In this document: positions 12,915-29,529 of the stretch, piece by piece
Position numbering within the stretch: the stretch's first letter is position 1
Layout: each line of letters opens with the position of its first letter
From: Octopus vulgaris
Lineage: Eukaryota
Assembly (NCBI GenBank): GCA_951406725.2
Contig: OX597826.1
Coordinates: 38,006,001-38,070,000, forward strand
Direction: 5' to 3'
DNA: 64,000 nt
Made by a program: the position numbers and the translations under genes
Notes under the pieces: model-generated
The model's input: the letters and a program-made list of their open reading frames with translations, nothing else
Told to the model about the DNA's origin: nothing
The model's database searches: none

Positions 12915-13809
12915 CCTTCGTTAGTCACCTAACCTTTCCGAAGATGGTTAGTCACATGATTAGTCACATGGTTAGTCACATGGGCTATTTACACACCCCG
13001 ATGCAAAAATGTTTATAGCTTTATGTTGTGTCTGGGGAGAGACATTCTCTTTTGGTTCCTTATAATTTAACACCTTCACCGGTAATATTTCTACTGATTT
13101 CTTTTTTATATATATATTTCTAAAATTTTTGTTGCATCTTGCAACCTTTTCAATAGTTGTTGACTCTACTGGAAAGGTTGCAAGACGCATTCAGAAAAAT
13201 AATAAGAAATAAGTGGAAATTTTACCGGTGAAGGTGTTAACTTATAAGGCTCTAAAAGAGAATGACTCTCCCCAGACAGAACAGAATATGCTTCAACACA
13301 CAAACTCACATAAAGAATCTTGCAAACCGAATCCCAAAATGAAATTTATAGTTTTAATATTATCCTCATTTCTGTGGGTTCAGGATTTATCTGCAATCAC
13401 TGCTGTGGGGTTTGAAACCTTTGTAGCTGATTGATATTAATATAAAACAATGCAATAAAATAAATTATAAAATTAAAGGAAAACTAAAAAAAAAATTGAA
13501 TTCTGATTATATTTATTTTGATAATACCTACAGAATACACCATTTTCTGGAATTTTTTTAATATATGGTGAATATTAGCATTAAAAACATAACCTAACAG
13601 GCAATCTCCGTTAAAATATGCATTCAATCAAAACTTGAACTGCGCTAGTCACGTGGAGTGACTAAACAAAAGCGACCTCTATCTCCCGTGAGAGCTGAGC
13701 CACGACGGCAATACACCCTCACTATGTCAGAAGAGCTGAGGAAGGGAGCAAAACAAGTTGCCAACTAGAAATTACGAGCATTTAAAATATTTGGGGTGAC
13801 TAACGAAGG
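12915..13809. mobile_element. Non-autonomous DNA transposon, piggyBac-like
   Basis: Perfect 15-bp TIRs CCTTCGTTAGTCACC (12915-12929) and GGTGACTAACGAAGG (13795-13809); TTAA at 13811-13814 (left TSD not intact); subterminal TTAGTCACATG x3; internal 260-bp hairpin. Confidence 0.65.
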
Positions 13810-14260
13810 TTTAAAGAGATGAAGTGGGACGAGATTACAAAAATGGACTAAGAAATAGTCATATGTGAAAGGTCGGGCTGACGTGTCGGACATTAACATC
13901 ACATACAACTTCTGACTGTCGCGTCTTGTTCTATGTTGCCTCTAACCAGACCAGATTACAGTGTCCATTGAGGTGTGACATCTCTGGAGATTCTCAGACG
14001 CTGAAGCAGAGTGGTCAACCTTTGTAAAGTATATTCTTCAACAGTTCGTCTTTTTAAAGGAGCTGCAGTCTTTGATCAATTCTTGGTTAGTGTTTTTTCA
14101 ATGGTCGGTCAGTGCCTTAGAAGTGGTTGACAAAAGGATTCTAAAACTCAAAGGAATTCATTAAGCAACCACTCTAGCTTCCTCCACATACGTACATATA
14201 TGTGTGTGTGAGCGTGCGAGCGTAAGTGTTTGTATGTTCTTTTATTTTTTTATTCTTTTT

Positions 14261-14455
14261 CTTGTTTCAGTCGTTTGACTGCGGCCATGCTGGGACACAG
14301 CCTTTAGTCGAGCAAATCAACCCCAGGACTTATTCTTAGTAAGCCAAGTACTTATTCTATCTGTCTCTTTTGCCGAAACGCTAAGTTACGGGAACGTAAA
14401 TACTCCAGCATCGGTTGTCAAGCGATGTTCGGGGGACAAACACAGACACACAAAC

Positions 14456-14508
<53 letters not shown>

Positions 14509-14670
14509 ACAGGCTTCTTTCAATTTCCGTCTACAAAATTCCCTCACAAGGCTTTGGTCGGCAGGTGGCTACAGTAGAAGACACTTGCCCAAGGTACCAC
14601 GCAGTGGGACTGAACCCAGAACAATGTGGTTAGGAAGCAAGCTACTTACCACACACCCACTCCTGCGCCT
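14261..14670 (-). mobile_element. Full-length SINE family B (tRNA head, CORE-like domain)
   Basis: Revcomp of 59958-60350; CCTTGGGCAAGTGTCTT CORE-like motif; internal TA/CA tract. Confidence 0.88.
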
Positions 14671-15507
14671 ATATATATGTTTATGTATTTGCTTTGAAAG
14701 ATTCCTGACCATTCCTAAATATAAATATATATCCATACATTTACACACACACACACAATCACGTATTTACCTCTACATACCGCTCCCCACAAATACTCAG
14801 CCACGTGCCACAGATTACACGCATTCGGTCACATACACACACACACACTATTCACCTATATGCAAACTTACATATACATGCCCACACACACACACACATA
14901 TACACACGCACGCACACACACACGCACACATACACACACATGCACACACACACACACTAACTACATAGATTCGTTTCAATCATTTCCTCCCCTTTTTTGT
15001 TGTTGTTTTCCTTTTTTATTTACGTTCTGGTCTTTGTTGATTTTCTCATTATCATCAGCAGCATCAGCATCGTATTCAACAACACCGCCACCATCATTTC
15101 CATCGCCGCCACCGTCCTACTCATCCCTCGTCACCACACTCTACCACCCTCATCATCAACACACCCCGTCACCATCACCACGTCTCCACTACTAACATAA
15201 CCAATTACCCCCCACCGCTACCATCGTCTCCACCATCCCTACCAACACCTCCACTACCACCAATCACTACAACACTGTCCACAACCGACAACAGCCGCCA
15301 CCACTACCATCACCATTGCGACACCACTGCAACTACCACCACCACTACCATCTCCAAGACCACCACTACTGTCACAGCCACCGAAACTGCCAATAATATC
15401 GATGTAGTTATTGCTATATTCTTTAATATCAAAATCAATTTTAAAAATACCTCTCTTTCTCTCCCTCTCACTCACTATTTGTCTCTCTCACTCTCTCTCC
15501 CACTCTC

Positions 15508-15579
<72 letters not shown>

Positions 15580-15708
15580 CTGTTTACCGTAATTGAAGAG
15601 AAATGGTTAGAAATTTAAAGAAGTAGAATAAAACAAATTTGTGCCACAACCTACTGGAAGCCTTTTTCTCGCTCTGTCTCCGTTTCTCTATCTCCCTCTC
15701 TCTCTCTC

Positions 15709-15758
<50 letters not shown>

Positions 15759-16483
15759 CCTTCACATTTTATTTCGAACCATTTCCCGCTATTAATGGAC
15801 AACCAAAAAACAACGTTTACTAGACATATTTTCAACAAACCAATCAGATCACTACACAAAATTACTTCCATTTTCATCAATTTTACTACTACCACCACCA
15901 CTACCACTACCACTATGACTACCACCTCTGCTACCACCACCACCGCCACTATTGCTACTACTACTACTACTACTACTAATTATTATTATTATTATTATCA
16001 TCATCATCATCATCATCATTATAATCATTTTCATTGGTTAAAAATTAATTCTATTCTGAATGGTCGCCCGTTTCCCTTGTATAGTTTCACAATAAAATTC
16101 CTCTTATCAATAGGCAGCCTTAAGGTATTTCAAAGAATTCTACCTTTTCTTTCTGTACAGCAGATGTCTGACAGAGAGAGAGAGAAAGAGAGAGACAGAC
16201 GGACAGACAGGCAGAAGAGAGAGTGTAAGAGAGAGAGATAAAGAGAGAGAGAGAGTGATAGAGGGGAAGTTTTGAGTGTCTTGTGTTTAATAAACATGGT
16301 TTTTCGCGATTGCTCTTGTATTTCACAGTTATTAGTTTATTTCTACAAGATTGCTTAGCTAGTTCACTGTCATTACCATTATTAGTGTAATCATCATCAT
16401 CATTATCATCTTTGTCATCGCTGTCATCATCATCATCATCATCATCATCATTATTATTATTATTATCATTATCATTATTTTAA

Positions 16484-16536
<53 letters not shown>

Positions 16537-17265
16537 CTTGTTGTATTCTTTGTTGCCATTTCTATCTTCAATTGTTATGAGATTTATTTGTGTCTGGATT
16601 TAATTTTGGCTGGTTTATTCTTTATTTAATCAATTTAAAATGAGATTTTCTGTAAATTTATCGTTTTATTGAAGATTTGTAGTCGTCTAGGAATAATCTG
16701 GGAGGAATTTGGTTTATAGAAAAAAAATTACAGCTGTGACTTGTGAGGACTAGGTCGTTTATCCGTCGCTACGCTGCCGGTAAAAAAAATTTGTTAATCG
16801 TGCACGTACCATCATAAAATTTTCAACGTGAAATCCGCGTTGTGTTGTCTAAATGTTGAAAGAAGCGTGCATACACACAGACACTCACAAACAAACAAAC
16901 AACCCAAAACTAACTACTTATATAATATATATACAAATAACTTCTTTTTAATTTTGTGCTGTGTTGTGTCGACAGATTTGCACTTAAAATTCCCGCGTTT
17001 ATTAACAAAACTTGTCAGTTACTATGTTGACAACACTACCTGTCTATCTATCATTCACTCTCTCTTTCGCTCTCACACTTTCTGTCTCTCTCTCTTGCTC
17101 TCTCTCTCTCTCTTTCTATCTATCTATCTATCTCTATCTCTATCTTTCTCTCTCAATCTCTCTTTATATTTCTCTCTCACAAACATCTTTTCTCCTCACT
17201 TCTATTCATAATGGGAATCTTTTAAATTCTATGTTGCATTGTCTATACTTTGAAAGACACAGTAG

Positions 17266-17319
<54 letters not shown>

Positions 17320-17501
17320 TTGAAAGTAACCATATTGCATTAATCGTCTTAACATATATATTCTCCTTTGTTTGTCGTAATATTTTCTTTTGTGTTGTCG
17401 ACAAAAGTCGGCTAGAATTCATCCATAAAAAGCATATTCTTCAACAGTGATATTAACACCTCAATATTCCCCACGTCTATTTTTGCCCCTCTTCCCCTCC
17501 C

Positions 17502-17536
<35 letters not shown>

Positions 17537-17987
17537 ACCTTCTTTCTCTCCTTTTGAAGAACAAGTGTCCAAAACTTTCCACTTTTTACACCTCACAAGT
17601 AATTACTGCACATTAGTTTGCTTTCTACACATCTATAATAATGAAAGTAATGTTTCGTAAAGAATGGTATTTTTAACGGAGATTTGGTGTGAAGTTAACA
17701 ACCTTTCAGGAGACTTCAAAAGAATCCGTCATCAGCTTTCTGAGATGTCATTTCAATAGCAGGGCCAACAAGGGCTTTTACCATCTAAAAATGAAAAAGT
17801 TCCACCATACAATTTATTTCACTTTGTTTTGATTGTTCTTAAAGCAATGATTGAACCATGTGGTTAGTTCTTTCATCTCGTGTAGGAGAAAAGAAGCATG
17901 TGAAGAATATAAATCGTTCTTTTACTCTCGGTAATAAAGAAAAATTCAAAGAAATGTATATTTTTTCATACATATTTACTTAAGTGT

Positions 17988-18033
17988 CTCTACAGACAGT
18001 TGTTTCAATATATCGTACCTCATCAGTCCAAAG
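17988..18033 (-). ncRNA. Old hammerhead motif with intact core and decayed stems
   Basis: Minus: ctttgga CTGATGA ggta cgata tatt GAAA caactg TC tgtagag; the stems rely on G.U pairs and one mismatch. Confidence 0.5.
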
Positions 18034-18649
18034 AGCTTGATCATTTTTTATACTCGTATTATATTCAAACAGCTCAACATGCAAGAAGAATAGATGACAA
18101 TTGATAAATTGGTTTTTAAAATTGATTAGTAACGTTTTCCAATAGTAAGAACAATTTAAAATGACAGAATTTTTTAACGTAAAGAAGCAAAGAATGAAGA
18201 ATGAAAGCTACATAATTTCCGCTGCTATAGATTTAAAGAAGCTGATCACACGTTCAAATCTTGAGGAAATTTGGAAAAATTATCCATTGCAACATATTAT
18301 TTTACCACAAATTTTATAATAAATGTAAATGTTTTCAACGATTGTACAAGTTTTGAAACAGATAATTAACTTTGTGATAAAATATTTAACTTGAAGAGAA
18401 TATAAAAAAATTAGTAATATGCGACGGACAAAAACCGTGAACAACTTATTGAAAATATTCGTTCCTTTGTCTCGACGTATAACATTCCAGGTGTGACTAT
18501 TTTCTGCCCTAGTGTTTATCTTGCTTCTAGTTTGCAGCAGTATACATGAATGCAGACTAGTGCCAGTGAGGCGCTCGTTCCGCTGGATATTAAATGCACA
18601 TCCCAAGTATATATGCATGTATATATATATGTGTGTGTGTGTATGTGTG

Positions 18650-18698
<49 letters not shown>

Positions 18699-18700
<2 letters not shown>

Positions 18701-19040
18701 CGCATGGCTCAGTGGTTAGAGCGTCGAGCTTACGATCGTGAGGTTGTGAGCTCGAATCCCGGACGGGGCTGCGTGTTGTGTTCTTGAGCAAGGCACTTTA
18801 TTTCACGTTGCTCCAGTTCACTCAGCTGTAGAAATGAGTTGCGACGTCACAGGTGCCAAGCTGTATCGGCCCTTGCCTTTCCCTTGGACAACATCGGTGA
18901 CGTGGAGAGGGGAGGCCGGTATGCATGGGCGACTGCTGGTCTTCCATAAAACAACCTTGCCCAGAATTGTGCCTCAGAGGGTATCTCTCTAGGTGCAAAC
19001 CCATGGTCAGTGCCTGACCGAAGGGGGTCTTTACCCTTTA
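18699..19040 (+). mobile_element. tRNA-derived SINE family C inserted in (TA)n
   Basis: A box TGGCTCAGTGG, B box GAGCTCGAATCCC, CORE-like GTGTTCTTGAGCAAGGCACTT. Confidence 0.85.
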
Positions 19041-19075
19041 TATATATATATATATATACATATATGTATATATAT

Positions 19076-19206
<131 letters not shown>

Positions 19207-19845
19207 GTATCATATATCAGATGAAATGCATTCGAGAAAACTTCTTCCGAAATGATTGTCTATTTGAATCCATAAAATCATTCATCTTCCGACGTGCTCA
19301 ACATCTGAACTTGTTTACTTACCTACATTTCATAATATGAAATTTGCATATTGTACGAAGATAATTTTGCATATATTTAGCGCTTCTCCAGTTTTGCAAT
19401 TGTAAGGCCTTCACTTAAGAGCGTTTTACTTTACCCCGAAAAAATTCTGTCCAATAGTCTTAAGGCCACATGTGTCATTTCTCCCAGTGACTGAGGGACC
19501 GGTGCATGCGTCTCATTTTCGGTAATGTCTTTAACTTGGTTGATAAATCTTCATTCAAAGAGAATCTGTTATTCGCTGATGCTTACATTCTATGGTAATA
19601 TTTATCTGCGAAAGTTACAAACATAAACGCATACATATAAATACGTTTACATAGTCTTATAAACATAGGTTCATATATGTATATACACAAAAACACATAA
19701 AGGGGATTGATGGGAGGCAAGTGGTTGGAAGGAATGACGAATGAATGTATATATATACATACATATTCATATATATATGCATGTATATATACATAGAGAG
19801 AGATAGGTAGATATATAGGTAGATAGATACGCATATGTGTGTGTT

Positions 19846-19895
<50 letters not shown>

Positions 19896-20364
19896 TGTAT
19901 GTAGGTATACATATGCATAAAATATATACATATATACATACATATAATTATGCATGTATGTATTCATCCATGTATGTATGTGTATTTGCCTACCTGCTTG
20001 TTTTTCTCTTTTACTGAGAAATCAATGATAACATTTTAATATTTTGGTAAAATATTAGTAAAATGTCATGAATCAACTAAAAGAGAAGAAATTTTGACTT
20101 GGATTTAATATCATCTGAAATGATTCTAAAACTCACTCTTTTACTTTATTCAATGCACTAAAATGGACAGTCAGGTATTTTAGTTTTCAAAGGTGAAATT
20201 ACTTAACTCCTCTATTCCAAAAATATTCCCCAAAAGCAAACTATTTTGAAATAATATTCTTATGAATGCAATCTTCAATTTTCAACATAAAAGATTTTCT
20301 GAAATTGAAATGATGCCTTTGATGGTAAGAAAAAGTAAAACGAATTCCTTGTGTAAATACATAC

Positions 20365-20435
<71 letters not shown>

Positions 20436-22670
20436 TATATACACACATATATATGTATGTATATATGCATGGATATTTTTATGTAAACATACATATGGAC
20501 ATATATATTTATATATATATACATACATACCATACATACATACTTATATTTGTATATATACATATGTATGTATTCATGCCTATATTTATGTATTTATGCA
20601 TGTATGTATTTATGTATACCCTTTAGTGTTTCAGAAACAAATAATAAAATAGATATCTTAAATAAAACCACTTCTTTCTTCTTTATTATGATAAATTTGA
20701 TTAGAATGTAGAACTTTTTTGCATTTATTACTTTCAGAGTAAAACATTTTAGAAATAAATAGCTATTTCCTTTGTATGTTGATAATAAATTATTAGGAAT
20801 TTATTTCCAGATTTTTATATTTATTTTTGCGTTTTCGTTTTCAACGCCAATTTCGGAAGTCAATTGGGCATGTATTTTGAAAGATTTTTATTACATTCCT
20901 TCATTTTTAGCATTTTACTGAAGATATGTAATAATTTCTTCAATTTTACCTAGCAATGGCAAAGACAGGTGAATGCTTTGATAGTTTTGTAAACATTTTC
21001 TCAATTAATAAAAAAATAACTAGATTTAAGTTGGTTCTCCTCTTGATGTAATTTCTATAAATATTCAACAGCACATACATTTTTTTATTTATTTTTTGTC
21101 ACAAACATGTAAATAATATTCACAGTGTACTGTTAATATTTCAAAAACTGGCAACATTTTCAGAAAAGATTCCAAATGGCTTGTTCTACACATTGTCTTT
21201 CTGTAGAATACTTTGAGCCAACTTTTAACTGCTAAATTATCTTAAGGTCAAAATTCTTAAACATTTTCTTCCAATAAAGTCCCCGAGGCTTCTTTATATT
21301 CTTTTTAACTAGTCAACAAAGTAATGACCTTGTCGTATAAAGACATACTTTACCATTCAAATATTTTTCTTAGACTTGATATAATACTTTTTTATGCTCT
21401 ACCGTTTATTTCAAATTATACAGATTCTGCCAGTTTTAATGATGGCACTAGGACGTTACTTTAAACAACAGGTCCCTCTGTCTAATATTGGTGGCTTATA
21501 AATACTAGTTGAGTCCCAAAGGATGGATTTTCCAACTATCAGAAAGGCTGTGGTAGGAGACGGGATTTGATCTCAGAACATGAAGAGACGAGACAGATAC
21601 CCACAAGCTACTTCATCCGAGACTCTGACGATTGTGTCAAACCACCTCTCTTATTTGCTACTTTATTTTTTGACCCCTAGAACAATGACATAAAGAGTTA
21701 ACTGGAGGTGAATTTGATCTTTGAATGCAGAGATCACATTCGGATACTGCAAAGCATTCCATCCGATGCTTTAACGATTCAGCCATGTCACAACCTTCCA
21801 CTATTTTGATTTTACCTCATCAAATCAACTAGTCAGGATGGCAAGATTCTTAACGGATCATTTGTCATTTCAAAAATATAATTATATTTTTCTGAGAACC
21901 GAGAGTGTTTTGTCATATCTCTTATGTACCAAACGCGAATGAATTTTCAAAAATTATTCCATGGAACAAACTGGGGCATTGGTTGCGAACTTAAATTACA
22001 ATACATACTTTTCACTCACATAAACTTAACCCCTTTTTATTTAAAAATAATTCTACAAAAGAAGGGAGTCTAAACAAGCAGATGATCTTCCTACAAACAA
22101 GAGCCAAATCTCTCTCAAATCAAATCATTTCGTTATAAGATAAGGAAATACAATTTGGATAATGTATTTCTAGATGCACCATGTTTGGATGAAAGATGTG
22201 TTGATCATAGATGGAACCTTCGGTCATAGAGTTACTGGATAAGGACGAAACTGGAGGTAAGAGTTAACTTTGTGATATACAGCAATGATTGTTGATTAGA
22301 AATATACTAAGGTATTATTCTTTACAGAATTCGACAAATAATTACTTTGATACATAAACATTTGTAAAAGAATTGTATATCAAAGTGACTACCTATAACA
22401 TTTTGTGTACCTTGACTGAGTCCCTACTGATGAGACGATTCCCTCAAAAAATGGAAAAATGTTGAATGAGAGGTTGGCAATTCCTTGTCATCTAAGATGA
22501 TACATAAAGCCTCCAAAGAAATCGGATGTGGCTGGCAAGGACCAATATGAACGGTTCAGAACGACTAAGAATTTGGGAAATATATTTTACTTTCGATAAT
22601 GTTAATTTTGATACTTTAAAATGTAATATAAGATAATATTAATTTCGATATTTTAAAATACATTGATTTT

Positions 22671-22845
22671 GGCACAAGACCAGCAAGCTCAGGATAGGAG
22701 GGTAAATCGATTACATTGACCCCAGTGCATCCGTATGGATGAAAAGCAAAGGCGACCTCAGTGGAATTTGAACTGAGAACGTAAAAACGGACGAAATGCC
22801 ACCAAGCATTTTGTCCGGCGTACTAACGATTCTGCCATCTCGCCG
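22671..22845 (-). mobile_element. Diverged SINE family A variant
   Basis: GACCTCAGTGGAATTTGAACT...AACGATTCTGCCATCTCGCC is the reverse of the family A head; the tail variant is shared with 37947 and 49380. Confidence 0.75.
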
Positions 22846-23735
22846 CATTATTTTAAGATATAATATTGGACAATGTTAATTCTGATATTTTAAAATATAT
22901 TTGATAATGTTAATTTTAATATGCACAAGAAATAGAGTAAAGTGATGAATGACAGCAGGTATCCATTGGTCGGGAATGACGGAGGAAACTTTGAGAATCT
23001 CAGTAATAAGGTGTAAGAATCGTGACATGACAGACTCAGGCTATATGATTAGGTGTGCTGTATGAAGCTCCCAGCGGATGACGTCAGCAAAGAAAAAACA
23101 CAGATGCTATGACGATGATGATGGGGACAATGTTGGAAATACCATTTATGAAAAAAATCGTTTTATTGCAAATGAAATATAATTGGTCAAATTTTGATGT
23201 TTACTTTCCTATTAGTGTTTTTATGCTATAATACATTTTACTTGTCTACCTTAAAATGTTAGCACATCGTAAAAGGCATTTAAAACCATAACCAAGATAC
23301 AATTATCCATTCATGAAATATTAGAGTACATAATATTCTATTATTTCTCTATGAGAGTTCAATAAAATATTTCTATTAAATATATTGAAGGAAATAGCGT
23401 AAGCTTTTAAATGATCTATTAAATTGTAATCTAGATAAGTCATGGTTTTTTAGACACTTTTTTTAATGTCTGAGCAATGCTTTTAAAGAGATCAAGACAA
23501 AATGAAACATATGATCTTGTCAAAGACCAAAAGTATTAGAATACAGCGATGATTGCTAGCTGTCATCAATCAAAAACGAATTCAGCTTCTCTTTACCAAT
23601 TTTTATTACATTAGCGGTTGGACCTGTGTAGAGGGCACAGGAAAGGGCAGGAATATATTTTATTAAAGAAATTTCTTTTCCGTACAGAACTAACTGTATT
23701 ATCTTTCACACCTTCCTAACGATAGTGTGTGTATA

Positions 23736-23892
<157 letters not shown>

Positions 23893-26718
23893 AAATAACT
23901 GCTGGCTGAGACAATAGAATGGTGTCCAACCAGTCTGAAAGCTTCATGGTTCATATAATGGTACTAACACTACACAAATCAATGTAGCAACATTTATGTA
24001 TTTGCTCCATCTACTAGAAATAGCAGTCAAACCGCTGTCAGATTGTTGTCATAGAAAAAGGACACATTACATAACCTAAAATGATTTAAATCTACCAACT
24101 AAACACATGCCTACTATTAGTGGGATCGAATCTGTCACCTTCCTGAAAATAACTGTTTTTTCTCATCAGCGTCAGAGGCCCTTGACAGGTTCATGGGCAA
24201 CAGCCGTTTCTCTTGTGTCTTAGCCTTTCAAAAACTAAATATTTGGCATGGTTATATCTGGGAATGCCTTTGTTCACAGGTTTACAGGATCATAATTCAC
24301 ACCTAACTGAGCAATGATAACAACTCTATACTGGATTGATGACCAAGACATTTAACTCTCAATAATCCTATTGACATTGTTCAAGGAATGATGAACTCCA
24401 TGTTCTAAGTACCACAACCGCTGTGTAAGTAATAAAAGTTTTCTTATTGTCCAGACTTAATTTCACTATAGAAGTAAGCGTTATACCTTTGCGAATGAGG
24501 TTTAATAAATCCGAAATACGTGTGGTTTTCACAGTGTCTGAAAAAGTTTAATAAAACCTAAGCATATCTTGAATTATCTCCCTTGTCTTCAAAAGATCGG
24601 GCTATTTTCAGCATCACCATATTAATTATTTACTGAAGAAGTCTAATAGGCCTCAAAAATCTCAGAGTTATCACCCCTTGCCTGCTAAAGATCCCACTGT
24701 TACTCTCACTGAGAGTTATCGGTACTTGTCTACTAAAGAACAGGCTACTTTCTCCCTCACTGCGTTATATAATCCCACAAGTCAAGGAAGGAACCTCTTC
24801 ATGTTTAAGCTGCTAAAATTAGTTACCTAATATCCCTCAAATTACACATTATCCTTCTTAGAAAAGACACTTTTGGACAACACTGGTTTTCCTACACATA
24901 GTAAAAGAAGGGATGGCCATGGCTGGAATTTCTTTGAGCAAAGTACATCTCAGTCTTGGCTAAGGTGGACCTAAACAAATTATTTAATTAATTGTAACTC
25001 CGGTGCATCAATTCATTAAATTTTTTTTTTAGTTGTTCTCCTTGATTATGTTTGGTTTAGTTAACCTTTGTTCAACAAAGCTCACTGTCTTAAATACAAA
25101 GCATTGATTAATTAAATTATTTGTGGTCAGCACATAAATTAAGTTAGACCTTTGTTAATTTTCCACAATAAAGTAATTGGAAGCCGACGTGTATAAATAG
25201 TAGTTCTGTCACCCAAAGAGTTGTGGAATTCATTTTCAAATGTTAAATATCAGTTTTTCATGAAATGTGATATTTGTCATCATTTCGAATCCAAAGACAT
25301 CACCTCCAAAATATCATTGAGTGACATTTCCGTTAGTGGACCCCTAGGAGTACGTTGTGTGAAAATATTCGCATTGTTTCTCTTGGTATCCGATGCTGAT
25401 GAAAGCAAATGAGTTTAAAATGCATTCATGAGTTCGACAGATGGCGCTATGAGCTGATTTGGTATTTTAACACTTTTTTGTGACAAGCGAGAATATTTTA
25501 TTCATAACAAACTGCAGTGAAAAGCCTGTTCCAAGCTCAAATATTTCTCACCCATATTTTAATTGATCTAAAATTCGTATCTCGTTTTTTATGTATTCGT
25601 TTACAGATCTTGATAAGACAGTTTGATTATGTTACAGTTTTTGAATAATGGCATCGATATCGTTCTGTGGTTAAAGCTGTTTCAAGCACAGCACTCGAAC
25701 TTATATTAAAGCTTTCGATTGCCTTTGATTTTATCCCATTGTTAACATTGCTTAAAGCGTACAACTCACACACATATTGTGGCAATTAGAATAACACTTT
25801 AGACTGCCTTTTCTATACTCGCTGCTCTACATGTCATAACGCATACTTTTTAATTGTTTTTCACTGTGTGAAAATATTTTCCTTATCTATTCTCTAACAC
25901 ATTCTAATTTTCACATGTATTCAAGTAACTTTTATAAATATATTTAGTGACTCTCTTATCATAACTAACTCCGACTAATACAGCAAAGTCTGTGCCTCAC
26001 TGAGAAGGTCTAATAAGGAACAAACATATACAAATTTAACTCCTATAGTTGTCGGAATAAATCAATATTTGAATCGTTAACTAGTATTATAATAATTCCT
26101 ATTTCTAGTTAACTTTTTTTAATATACTCATGCTGACACAAACCATTCTCTAGTTCTTCAAATTGAGATTCAATTTATGGCGAGATTGTCGAGTGTATCA
26201 AGCTTTTTTTCCTTTTTCCTTCATTTAAAAAACTAAAGATTGGAATTTAGTTGATGCAGATTCAATGAATCATCTTAGACTATTGTCTGAAAACATTAGA
26301 ATATGCTTGGAAATATTTCCAATTTTACCAAAATTAATTCAAATACAGAATTTGATTTAATTGAATTGTTATAAGTAGAATAAAGAATAAATATAGTTAG
26401 CAATAGTTCCAGAACACTTTATTTATTGAGCAATTTACAATAGATTTGCTTTAGATTTGTGTGAATGAAAATGTGTTCTAGATAGGTACATATATGTACA
26501 GAATCGTGAGGTAGATATAAAGATAGATAGATAGATACATACATACATACATACATACATACATACATACATACATACATACATACATACATACATACAT
26601 ACATACATACATACATACATACATAAATACATACATACAAACATACATACATACAAACATACATACATACATACATACATACATACATACATACATACAT
26701 ACATACATTGACAGATGT

Positions 26719-27208
<490 letters not shown>

Positions 27209-27388
27209 CAGGCACCCTTCGAAATGAAATATTATTTTGAAGGCCACATCGTGGTACTCGAAGTAAACAACTGCTGAAATCTCAGTTCTTCTACTGTTGC
27301 TCTTTCCTTTATCTCAACTTTATATGTTGAGTACTATCTCCTTACGTTTATATTAATAAGGATGTGTGTATGTGTATGAATATATACA

Positions 27389-27399
<11 letters not shown>

Positions 27400-27424
<25 letters not shown>

Positions 27425-27565
27425 TGTATGTATGTATGTATGTATGTGTATGTATGTGTATATATATACGTTTATATATATACATATATATATACATATA
27501 TGCACGCACACACACACATATATATATATTCTCTGTGTGTGTACGCGTGTACGTGCGTATGTGTG

Positions 27566-27597
<32 letters not shown>

Positions 27598-27745
27598 TGT
27601 ATGTATGTGTGTGTGTATGTATGTGTATGTATGTGTATATATATACGTTTATATATATACATATATATATATACATATATGCACGCACACACACACATAT
27701 ATATTCTCCGTGTGTGTACGCGTGTACGTGCGTATGTGTGTATAT
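27400..27745. repeat. Tandem duplication (period about 175 bp) of a compound microsatellite
   Basis: GTACGCGTGTACGTGCGTATGTGTGTATATG at 27541 and 27716 with matching upstream context. Confidence 0.8.
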
Positions 27746-29148
27746 GTGTCTGTGCGTGTGTGTGTATGTGTGTGTGTCTGTCTGTATAAAGAAGGAGAGT
27801 GGCTGCAGGAGAGAGAATTGTCCATGTTTTATTACCTATTACATCCCTGCATCTAAAACGTGTCTTTAAAGCAAGTTTTCTTTCTTATCTCTTGTTGTTA
27901 TTGTTTTGTTATGTTTCTTTATTTATTTACGAAATTATTTATATATTAATTTATTTATTTGTCATGTGCTAATGACAAATATTTATCTTATCTCCCACAA
28001 CATCCAATACAAGAAGTTTAGAAAATCGGAATTGTCGTTTAGTTTGTAAAACCAGGGCAAACTTTCAAATGTTGCAAATAATTTTAGCACAATTCCTGAT
28101 AGAAGACATATTCTTCCGCTTGTGTTCTGACATTCCGAAACATCGCTGTGCTTAACGAGACTCTATCTCCGCCTGTCGAGGTCTTAGAGAACGATTATGT
28201 TGGAAACACAAATAAACATAGAATTTTGGAACGCATAACGATGTAGATATGAACGACAAGGGTACTTTTTCAGGCAGTATAGCTTTGGCCATGGTGAACA
28301 TCATTAAATAAGCATCTATAAAAACAGATTTGCTACCGTTTAACTCCTTTCGTTGGCGATCCCGGAAAGGCCTCAAATCTATGTTGAAACCAACGGCCAA
28401 TACATTGCCAGAATAGCATTTTAAAAACACACACACACACACACATACAAACACACACACACACACACACACACACATCGCGATAACCTGATTCGAGTAA
28501 TTCTATCGATCCATGTTTCTTATTTCAAACGAATATATTTTGTCATCAATTAGAATTAAATAATTTCTTTGAAAATCGTTGTTTTAAAGTAGAACGTTCT
28601 TTCGCAACAAGAAAATAGAAATCTTATGGAAGATTAAAAGTCTTAAAATATTGAAAACCAATTTGGTAAAGATTTTCAGATTAATAATCATGATTGTTCT
28701 GCTAGTTAGTTGTGGCGTTGTTTCTATTGTTGCTGTGTTTATTCTAACAGCTGCTATTCCTATCATTTTTGTACTTCAATCATCAACTATTTCTGATACT
28801 TTCTCTACAGTCGCGTTTCTCTCTGTTTACTTTTGTTGCGTTATAAACCAGTTCATTTTCCTTTATCACTGCACTTAATTCTCTCCTGTTTCAATGTGCC
28901 ATGTGTGAATGCGTATAAACGCACATACACACAACTACGTATATATATATATATATAAGTACATATATACATGTAGATATAATACATATACACATAGGTT
29001 TGTGCGCGCGCGAGAGAGAGAGAAAGAGAGAGAGAGAGAGTTCTCTTGTCTATGCATTTATATTTATATGGATAAATATGAGTTTGAGACACAGAAGAAT
29101 ATATGTATATGGGAGTGTACGAGTGTAGAGAAAATTATATATTCATAT

Positions 29149-29315
<167 letters not shown>

Positions 29316-29466
29316 TGTATACAATTGTTTATAATTTCTACATGTATTCTTATGTTCATATATGTGTATGTGTGTATGCGTGTGTGTGTATATATATATG
29401 TGTATATATATATATATATATATACAACATATATGTGTGTGTACATACGTGTGTGTGTGTACGTGT

Positions 29467-29529
<63 letters not shown>

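Noticed and set aside
17685-17740. Minus-strand CTGATGA...GAAA...TTC hammerhead-like match
   Set aside because: Stem I cannot form and the stem II closing pair is mismatched.
18699-18775. Functional tRNA genes at SINE heads (also 41022, 45966, 53520)
   Set aside because: Cloverleaves are incomplete and continue into repeat bodies or microsatellite tails.
22426-22455. CTGATGA GA..TC AAAA, and a similar motif at 62665-62687
   Set aside because: GAAA is mutated and there is no stem I or III; cannot be separated from chance.
25434-25449. CTCF-like motif TCGACAGATGGCGCTA
   Set aside because: Single short motif with no supporting data.
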